In this document: positions 54,999 through 64,000 of the stretch, piece by piece
How positions within the stretch are numbered: position 1 is the first letter of the stretch
Layout of the letters: every line of letters starts with the position of its first letter
Origin: Octopus vulgaris
Taxonomy: Eukaryota
Reading direction: 5' to 3'
NCBI GenBank assembly: GCA_951406725.2
Contig: OX597827.1
Coordinates: forward strand, 77,872,001 to 77,936,000
DNA length: 64,000 nucleotides
Made by a program: the position numbers and the translations under genes
Notes under the pieces: model-generated
Databases searched by the model: none
What the model was told of the DNA's origin: nothing
The model's input: the letters and a program-made list of their open reading frames with translations, nothing else

Positions 54999-55714
54999 TC
55001 CTCATCTCTCAAACATAGAAAAGAAGTTATGGTGTTAGATATATTCTTTCATTACAAATATTGCAGCAATCCACGGTTCAGACACAACATAAATACTTAT
55101 ATATTGTAAACATTATCAAAGTTACACACTGAATGGATGCATTTTGTTTATACACTCATTAGCTGTGGGACAGCATCAGGGAGAAAAGTCTGTTTAAGAT
55201 GCCAAGTGTTGAAAAGCACTGGGTGCGGCAAACTGTGTGGGGAAATTCACCCTTAGATTGTCGAGAATGATTGTCAAGCGTGGTTATTGCCAGTGCCACT
55301 TGACTGGCTCCTGTGCTGAGGACACGTAAAATGCACCCGTTCAAGTGAGGCCGGTGCCAGTACCGTCTGACTGGCCCTCATGCTGGTGGCACGTAAAAAG
55401 CACCCAATACACGCTGAGAGTGGTTGGCGTCAGGAAGAGCATCCAGCTTTAGAAACCTTGTCAAATCAGATTGGAGCCTGGTGCAGCCTTCTGGCTTGTC
55501 AGCCCCCAGTCAAACCGTTCAACCCATGCCAGCATAGAAAGCAGACATTAAATGATGATGATGATGATGATGATGACAGACATGGTTATTTCACTTATTT
55601 TTGGAAGTTCATTGGCATCATGTCTGTGTGTTGCCTCAGAATGAATTCTAGATGCTTGGGTGAGGTACATGTGCAAATGGTGAAGAGTCTGTTTGTGAAT
55701 ATGCATCAATGCTC

Positions 55715-56080
55715 TTTACCCCTTTACTGGTTTCAGTCATTTGACTGCAGCCATGCTGGAGCGCCGTCTTCTAGTCAAACAAATCGACCCCAGGACTTAT
55801 TCTTTGTAAGCCTAGTACTTATTCTATTGGTCTCTTTTGCTGAACTGTTAAGTTACAGCGGTGTAAACACACCAACATCGGTTGTCAAGTGATGATGAGG
55901 GAACAAACACACACACATACATACATTATATATATATGTGTACAACAGGCTTCTTTCAGTTTCCGTCAACCAAATCCACTCACAAGGCTTTATAGTAGAA
56001 GACACTTACAAAAGGTGCCACGCAGTGGGACTGAAACCGGAACCATGAGGTTGGGAAGCAAGCTTCTTACCACACTGCCA
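55715..56080 (-). mobile_element. SINE family A
   Basis: Reverse complement of the family A body. Another minus copy lies at about 58312-58690. Confidence 0.82.
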
Positions 56081-56114
56081 TGCCAGTGCTGCACAATTAA
56101 AATATAATTAAATC

Positions 56115-56341
56115 TGCGAGCTGACAGAATAGTTAGCATGCCAGGTGAAATGCTTAGCGGTATTTCATCTGCGGCTACGTTCTGAGTTCAAATTCCGCCG
56201 AGGTCGACTTTGCCTTTCATCCTTTCGGGGTCGATAAATAAAGCACCACTTTCGCACTGGGGTCGATGTAACCAACTCGATCCCTTTGTCTGTCCTTGTT
56301 TGTCCCCTCTGTGTTTAGCCCCTTGTGGGTAATAAAGAAAT
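56115..56341 (+). mobile_element. SINE family B
   Basis: Matches 16886-17117. Confidence 0.88.
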
Positions 56342-57614
56342 ATATAATTAAATCTGAATTATTAGCAGTTACAAAATATTGGTTTCAAATTTTGGCACAT
56401 GGCCAGCAACTTTGGGGGAGGGGATAGGTCGATTACATTGACCCCAGTACATGACTGGTACTTAATTTATCAACCTGAGAAGATGAACAGCAAGGCCAAC
56501 CTGTATATACAGGTGAAATGCTGCTAAGCATTTTCCTCAGCATGCTAATAATACTGGCTGCCATAATAATAATGGTTTTGAAACCGATGTTGTTATTATT
56601 ATTATTATTATCATTGCCCTTGTGGCAAAATTTGAAACCAATATTGTTGTTGTTGTTGTTATTATTATTATTGTCCTTGTGAAAAAATTTGAAACTATAA
56701 TAATAATAATACAACACCCTTAAACAACCCTTATTCAGGGACCTTTCGAGTGGGATGGGTTACTCGACCTGAAGAAAATTCTAACTGGGCCCCACCTGCA
56801 AGGTCATGCGCTGTTTATCTTGATATGAGATCACCACGTCATGCACATATGGTTGTGATGCATGTGCCTAGTGTACCCTTATCAGACGGGTAGTCATGAT
56901 GGGTAAATTGGGCTTCGTATATTTTACCCCAGTGTCACTTTGATGGCATGCACTGCTCTCTCACTCAATAATAATAATAATAAGTGCCCTGATGCAGTAC
57001 CAAGCAGTGGCTCTCATGGCTTCTGATCTTAACTGATTGGAAATGTTATCATAAATCCTTAAATCCTTAAAAATGTTTTAGCCCGAAGGCTGTGGCCATG
57101 CTGGGGCACCACCACTGGTACATTGTTTTGTCTTGGTATAAAATATGGGCCACAGCAAATATTCTGCTCAATACCACAGATTTGCTGGTTAACCAGTTGA
57201 GCATGTCCCTTGGTGGCTGACGATATGTGCATCTCTGCTCACAAGCAGAAGTAGTGGGGGAGCATCATAGCCATGTTTTGAGAGGGATTCTTTGGGGTTT
57301 GAATAATTCACCTCTGGAAACATGGGTGTTTCGTTCAACATCCTTAAACAACCATTATCCAGGGATCTTTTGAGTGGGATGGGCTACTCGACCTGAAGAA
57401 AACTCTACGTGGGTCCCACGTGCAAGGTCATGCACTGTTTATCTTGATATAAGGTCACCGTGTCGCGGTGTGGTAAGAAGCTTGCTTCCCAACCACATGG
57501 TTCTGGGCTCAGTCCCACTTCGTAGCACCTTGGGCAAATGTCTTCTACTATAGCCTTGGGTCAGCCAAAGCCTTGTAAGTAGATTTAGTAGACAGAAACT
57601 GAAAGAAGCCTGTC

Positions 57615-57648
<34 letters not shown>

Positions 57649-57738
57649 TCATCATCATTATCATCATCGTTTAATGTCTGTTTTCCATGCTAGCATGGGT
57701 TGGACAGTTCAACTGGGGTCTGGGAAGCAAGGAGGCTA

Positions 57739-57965
57739 TGGTTTAGTGGTTAAGAGCGCTGGCTACTAACCCCAAGATCCCGAGTTCGATTCCAAGCAGT
57801 GATCTGAATAATAATATTAATAACAACATCAAAAAATACCTTAGGAATGAGAACCCAGGTTTGAAATTTCCCCAAGGCACCTGATGAAGGTTGGAGGGTA
57901 TATCAGCCGGAAAGTTGTGTTAACAACAAAGATGAGGACAAATATCTGTCAAATGTAAATAATGT
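57739..57965 (+). mobile_element. tRNA-like Pol III head joined to the hammerhead-bearing repeat
   Basis: A box TGGTTTAGTGG at 57739-57749, B box GAGTTCGATTCC at 57782-57793, CTGATGA at 57881-57887. Confidence 0.6.
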
Positions 57966-58503
57966 TGACTAAGCTCACTAGAGCTGTCTTCTTCCTTCAT
58001 CCCTCAATGGTCCATGAGAAGAGTACCTGTAATATGCTGTGGTTAATTCATTTGTTTTCCCCCATCACCACCCCCAAATACACAGCCTTGTGCCAACAAG
58101 TTTGGTACACTTGGTAACACATGGGACAAAATACTTTAGAGTATCCAGTTGTGCTTCTGTATGTTCTGAGTTCAAATCCTGCTAAAGTCAGCTTTGCCTT
58201 TCAGCCTTCCAAATTTGATAAAGTACCAGTAAGATACTAGGGTCAATACAATTGGAAAGCTCCTACTCCAAAGTCTGAGGTCTTGGGTCTTTCTCAACAA
58301 TCAGTATCAGATCTTTTATCTTTTACTTGTCTCAGTCATTAGACAGCGGCCATGCTGGGGCACCACCTTGACGATCCCAGTACTTTTTTATCCTAAGCTT
58401 GATACTTATTCTATCAGACCCTTTTGCCGAACTGCTAAGTTATGGGGATGTAAACACACCAACACCAGTTGTTAAGCAGTGGTGGGGGACAAAAAGAAAC
58501 ACA

Positions 58504-58534
<31 letters not shown>

Positions 58535-58975
58535 CATACAATGGGCTTCTTTCAGTTTCCGTCTACCAAATCCATTCACAAGGCTTTGGTCGACGCAAAG
58601 CTATAGTAGAAGATACTTGCCAAAAGTGCCATGCAGTAGGACTGAACCTGGGACCATGTGATTGGGAAATGAACTTCTTACCACAAACCATGTACTTCCA
58701 CTTGAGCAAGACACCTGTTATTGCTTCTCATATTTCAGCTCCTGGCTTAAACCTACCTGTTTTGATACTGCACCCTGTCTCAGAGAAAGGGTCCTGTCTT
58801 GCAAGTTACTCACTGGTGGTAGTGCCACAAATAGGAAGAGCTTCCAGCTATAGAAACCATGCCATAGCATACATTGGAAATCAGTGCGGTCTTCTCGCTT
58901 GCCAACTCTTCTCGAACCAACACAGGAACGTGTATCATACATCAAAATGAAGCTGGTCCTCTGTGGATCACATCC

Positions 58976-59110
58976 CTACTTCTCAACATAGTCACCATTT
59001 CTCTCAATAGCAATGTTCCACCATCGAATGAGAGCATGTATCCCTGCCCCGTAAAATTCTGTTGACTGTTTTCCGAGCCGCTTCTTCACTACAGTTTTCA
59101 CTTCCTTTGT
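58976..59110 (-). mobile_element. Mariner transposase C-terminal fragment
   Basis: Minus strand EVKTVVKKRLGKQSTEFYGAGIHALIRWWNIAIERNGDYVEK* matches the mariner C-terminal consensus (FYxxGIxxLxxRW..GDYVEK). Confidence 0.85.
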
Positions 59111-60130
59111 TTTAAGTACACATCGGTTGGTGTAGTCCTAGATACACTGTAGCAGAATAAAAGACAGATGGTCAAGGCCGTAGTGTCATTCGCCATAGGT
59201 CTGCAGTAGCAGGACAGACACGAGACCATTCTCTGAAAGTTGTCTCTGTTTCTACAGGGAAGTGTTTTATCTCTCAGCCCAACTTATGTGTAGGAAATCA
59301 AATCTCTTTTTAACTCTTGTTCAGTGACAGATACCCGGTTGTGGTGATGGTCGGGGGTTACCCTTCCCTTTTGCTAACCGAAGCTGTAACATTTTTTCAG
59401 TCGCTGCTTGAAGCCATTTCAATTCACCCTCCCTACTTGCTGCTCCTAGTATCCGCCCAGAAAAGTATAAAGCTCCCTTGTACCACCTTAATTCCTTTCA
59501 CATTAAAGGATTCACTGACCAATGTGTGTCCCAACCTTGGCTGCTTCAGAACACCTTTCGTCTGTGTATACACACACACACACACACGTTATTGTGTATA
59601 GACAAATGTCTTTGCGTATCTTTCTCTGTCTATCTTTTTCTCTCTCCTTTTCGTGCTCTATCTGTCCATCTATCTGACAATCTGGCTGGTTATGTGTCAT
59701 TTGAAGTATGTATGTGTGTTATCTATGTACCTCTCTCTCTCTCTCTCTCTCTCTCTACTTCTGTGTGTGATGAGGAGAGAGAGAACTTGAACGTATTGAA
59801 TACAGGCAACAAGTTTACTCGGCCGTTCTTTCCTATAGACTACTTTTATTTAATGTCCAACCGCATGAAGCGTTTCTGTTAGACAGCCGAGATTAAACAG
59901 TTAAGGCAATGGAGGGAAAACAGCGACGGGGAAGAGACTGGACGGGGTGACCGCCTGTCTCTACCCGTATAAATGGGTCTGTGTGTATGTGGAGGGGGGG
60001 GGTCGTATGGTAGATAGTGATAGGTTGTGAGTGGGTTGGAGGGGGAGAGAATGGATGTGGGGTGGTGGAGGAGTGAGTAACTTGTATCAGGGTGTGTATG
60101 CGTGTGAGCGTATCTATCTATATAGATAAA

Positions 60131-60292
60131 TAAGCAATAAAGGGTTTGGCAACGAATTGCCTTACCACATACCGAATTTAGAAATAGCAGTCAAAGAGTT
60201 ATAGCTATTTCTTCTACTAAAAAGGGAGTTATAGCTATTTCTAAATTCGGTATGTGGTAAGGCAATTCGTTGCCAAACCCCTTTATTGCTTA
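60131..60292. repeat. Near-perfect inverted repeat, arms about 58 bp
   Basis: 60131-60188 vs 60234-60292, followed by a decayed hammerhead-like CGAATGA-GGC..GCC-GAAG at 60312-60336. Confidence 0.8.
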
Positions 60293-60504
60293 GTATTACT
60301 TAAATTTTCCTCGAATGAGGCTTTTACATGCCGAAGACTACTTGGTGTTATTGATAATTATTCCAAATTAATTAATTTCACCCTTCATTATTACGGATAA
60401 CCATATATAGATAAATAGATAGATAGATCTATACACACACGTCTGTGTTGTATATATGTGTATGTATACACATATACGTATATACTTAGGTATCTATCTT
60501 ATCT

Positions 60505-60554
<50 letters not shown>

Positions 60555-61893
60555 TGTATGTCTTGTATATGCCAATTCTGTTTGTTGAGCACTCTTTCTC
60601 ACTGTGTTGTGTTGTGTGTGTGTGTGTATATATATATACACGCTCGACCAATTTGTGGGAGTTTATAGTAATCAAATCCAATCAACTACTTCGTATTTCT
60701 GCATCAAGGGGCGCGTATTAACCCTTGTGAGATTTGAACCAAGAACGTAAGGGGAGATAACTGAACTTGCCAGTCTGTCACGACTGTTTGTTCTGTATCC
60801 CACCGATAATCATTTGTTTGAAAGGCCCAAAGTGGTATGTTTTAAGGGTGGGATATCAAATAGGGGTTTGCATCAGTTGCGAGATCTCATTGTATTATGT
60901 ATTCTATTGATTTCAGTAAGATGAAAGCCACCTTGAGACATCAGCGGGATTTGAACTCAGAATGTAAAGGGACATAACTAAATATTGCATGCTATTTCAT
61001 GCAGGGCTCGACCGCATCTTCACGCCATTGACATCTTAATAATAATAATAATAATAATAATAGTAATAATAATCCTTTCCAGTATGGGAACAAGGCCTGA
61101 ATTTTGTGGTGAGGGGGGCTGTCGATGACATCAACCTCAGTTCTTGTCTGGTCGGAACCCAAAAGGATCAAAGGCTGGGTTTACCTTGGTAGGAATTGAA
61201 CACCGTAAAGAACCTGGGGAAAATGCATCCGATTTATAATGATAATAATCCTTTCTACTGTAGGAACGAGGACTGAAATTTTGGAGGAGGGAACTAGTTG
61301 ATTGCATCGACCCCCAGTTTTCCACTGGTACTTAATTTATCGATCCTGAGAGGATGAAAGGCTGAGTTGACCTTGGCAGAATATAAAGACGGATGAAATG
61401 CCTCTAAGCATTGTGACTGGCATGCTAACGATAATAATAATAATAATAATAATCCTTTCTGCTAAAGGCACAGGTTCTGAGATTTGAGGGGGTGGGGATA
61501 GTCGATTCCATCGACCCCAGTATTTCACTGGTACTTATTTTATTGACCCTGAAAAGATGAAAGGCAAAGTCGATCTCGGTGGAATATGGTTTCTTTATTA
61601 ACTTCAAGCATGGTTGCGTGGTAAGAAGCTTTCTTCGCAACCGCATGGTTCTGGGTTCAGTCTCACTGCGTGACACGTTGGGCAAGTGTCTTCTACTGTA
61701 GCCTTGAAACTGAGACTGAAAGAAGCCTATCATATATGTATATATATGTGTGTATATGTGTCTTTGCGTAATTTTTGTCCTTGCCACCATTTGACAACTG
61801 GTACTGGTGTGTTTATGTTATAACTTAGCTGTCCATCAACAGATACTGACAGAATATGTACTGGGGTCCATTCATTTCATTAAAAACTCTTCA

Positions 61894-62236
61894 AGGTGCA
61901 GGAGTAGCTGTGTGGTAAGAAGCTTTCTTCCCAACCGCATGGTTCTGGGTTCAGTCCCACTGTGTGGCACCTTGGGAAAGTGTCTTCTATAGCCTCAGGC
62001 TGACCAAAGCTTTGTGAGTGGATTTGGTAGACAGAAACTGAAAGAAGCCCTTTGTACATATATATATATATATGTATGTGTGTGTTTGTCTTCCCAACAT
62101 CGCTTGACAACCGATGCTGGTGTATTTACGTCCCCATCACTTAGAGGTTCAGCAAAAGAGACTGATCGAATAAGTACTAGGCTTACAAAGAATTAGTCCC
62201 GGGGTCGATTTGTTCAATTAAAGGCAGTGCTCCAGC

Positions 62237-62237
<1 letters not shown>
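61894..62237 (+). mobile_element. SINE family A
   Basis: Matches 14459-14830. Confidence 0.85.
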
Positions 62238-62284
<47 letters not shown>

Positions 62285-62642
62285 CCTTTCTACTAAAGGC
62301 ACAAGGCTTGAAACTTGTTGGAAGGGGACTAATCGATTACTTTGACCTCAGTGTTTCCCTGGTACTTAATTCATTGACCTTGAAAAAATAAAGGCAAAGT
62401 TGACCTTGGCGGAATTTGAACTCAGAACGTAGCACCAGGCTAAATACCACTAAGCATTTCATCCAACGTTCTAACGATTCTGCCAGCTTGCCACTTTTCT
62501 CATCATCATCGTTTAACGTCTGCCTTCCGTACTGGCAGAGGTGAATAATAATTAATAATAATAATAATAAAGAGAAATTAAGAAAATTAATTGAATAAAG
62601 TGTTGTTATTTGTGATATAATTGTTTATTTTTAAATTTTAAG

Positions 62643-62667
62643 TTTTTTTTTTTTTTTTCTATTTTAG
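62643..62667 (+). promoter_or_regulatory. Strong 3' splice acceptor upstream of the second zinc-finger CDS
   Basis: Long poly-T tract then CTATTTTAG|G. Repeat-rich sequence gives way to unique sequence at 62668. Confidence 0.7.
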
Positions 62668-63119
62668 GGATGATTCCAGCTGTGATCCTGAGGTCTGAAT
62701 GTCGAGAAAATCATTGCAACAGAGTTTCTGGAAAGCTCTTCCAGACATTGCGAACAAAGAATGGTGAAAGTTGTTGTTGCTATTGCTGCCATCACCAACA
62801 TCATCATCACCAAACAAGATGTACACGTTTGGAGGAAGGTATCTACAGCTATATGACAGCCCTGGCAAGTGACAAAAACATTCGGTTTTGCTCCCTGGTC
62901 TGACATTGACAACAAGGAAAACACATTTTTTTTTTACTGAAAAAACAAAAAAAAAACAAGAAAAAAAGAAAAGAAATAACCAAAAAATCTTTTTAAAAAC
63001 CCTAAAAAAAATTACCCCTCTTCCCTGAGTCGGAAGTTTATCTGTGTCGTCTTTCTTCTCCAAGTGAAATCCAAAAGGTTTGTGTTGGATTTCGTGTCTC
63101 AGCACATCTGCCCTTCATC

Positions 63120-63514
63120 ATGTATCCCGCACAGTTTATGTATGCCATGGGCAACCATCAGCCCAACATCTACAGCCAGCCCACTAGCTTCTACCCCAAT
63201 GAACATTTCTCAAAATGCCACGAGAAGGGCCTTCTTCTGTCTGAGAAGTCTTTCGGTTCCGTTGGCAAGCAACACTCCCAGATGCCAGACTCGTACCGCA
63301 AGGACTTCTCTCCTGGCCTGAGCAGCCCAGACCACATGCACGACAGCAGTAGTCACATGACGCAGTCAATGAGGCCACTGGTGGCCCCACCTGGAGGCAA
63401 TACTGGAAACATGGGTAGCGGCAACGGCAACAACGACGGTGCTGGCGGCGGCGGTGGTGGTGCTGGTGGCGGAGGTGGAGGAGGAACATGTGGTGGCGGC
63501 ACTGGCAACAACAA

Positions 63515-63545
<31 letters not shown>

Positions 63546-64000
63546 AGCGGCAACAACAACAACAACAAACAGTACTATTGCACATTCTGCAAGAAGGGCT
63601 TCACGCAGCAGATTAATTTGAAAACGCACGAACTGACACACACGGCCGAGAAACCGTTCTGCTGTGCCACATGTGGCAGAGCTTTCGCTCAGAAAGCAGC
63701 CTTGCGGAACCACGAAAGAACACACTCGGGCGAAAAGCCTTTCAGTTGTACTATTTGTAAAAAAAGCTTCACTCAACTCGGTAACTTGAGCACACACTTA
63801 AGGACTCACTCGGGGGAAAGGCCGTTCAAATGCACGATATGTGAGAAAGCTTTCACCCAGCATGCAAACCTCAACATTCATCTGAGAACACACACCGGGG
63901 AAAAGCCTTACGAGTGCGAAACTTGTGGGAAACGGTTCTCCCAGAGGACGAACTTGGATAACCATAGGCGTATACACACTGGGGACATGTTCAAGTGTGC
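63120..64000 (+). CDS. C2H2 zinc-finger protein, 3'-truncated by the window (five complete fingers, a sixth beginning)
   Basis: Manual translation from ATG 63120 (in-frame TAA at 63003): MYPAQFMYAMGNHQ..poly-G/poly-N..YYCTFCKKGFTQQINLKTHELTH-TAEKP-FCCATC..SGEKP..SGERP..TGEKP-YECETCGKRFSQRTNLDNHRRIH-TGDMFKC. Open to the window end. Confidence 0.93.

Overview
Eukaryotic, AT-rich, microsatellite-dense window. The repeat content and intronless C2H2 genes fit a coleoid cephalopod such as Octopus, but this is inferred and unverified. Two same-strand C2H2 zinc-finger genes bracket the window: 268-2634 (six fingers) and 63120->64000 (five complete fingers, truncated by the window edge and absent from the ORF track). 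Between them lie simple repeats and nested transposable-element relics: tRNA-derived SINEs, an R4/Dong LINE 3' end, a CR1-like LINE with a Myb/SANT-like upstream ORF, mariner fragments, piggyBac and hAT MITEs, two Helitrons and a 5S pseudogene. The most notable observations are (i) several unrelated inverted-repeat families carrying type I hammerhead ribozyme folds, one fused to a tRNA-like Pol III head, (ii) the Myb/SANT ORF in the LINE, (iii) finger arrays predicted to read (NGA)n and (NAA)n triplet repeats, and (iv) a double-CRE promoter candidate near 46.9 kb. Everything was read by eye, so boundaries are approximate unless a TSD or terminal motif is quoted. Only representative SINE and microsatellite copies are listed.
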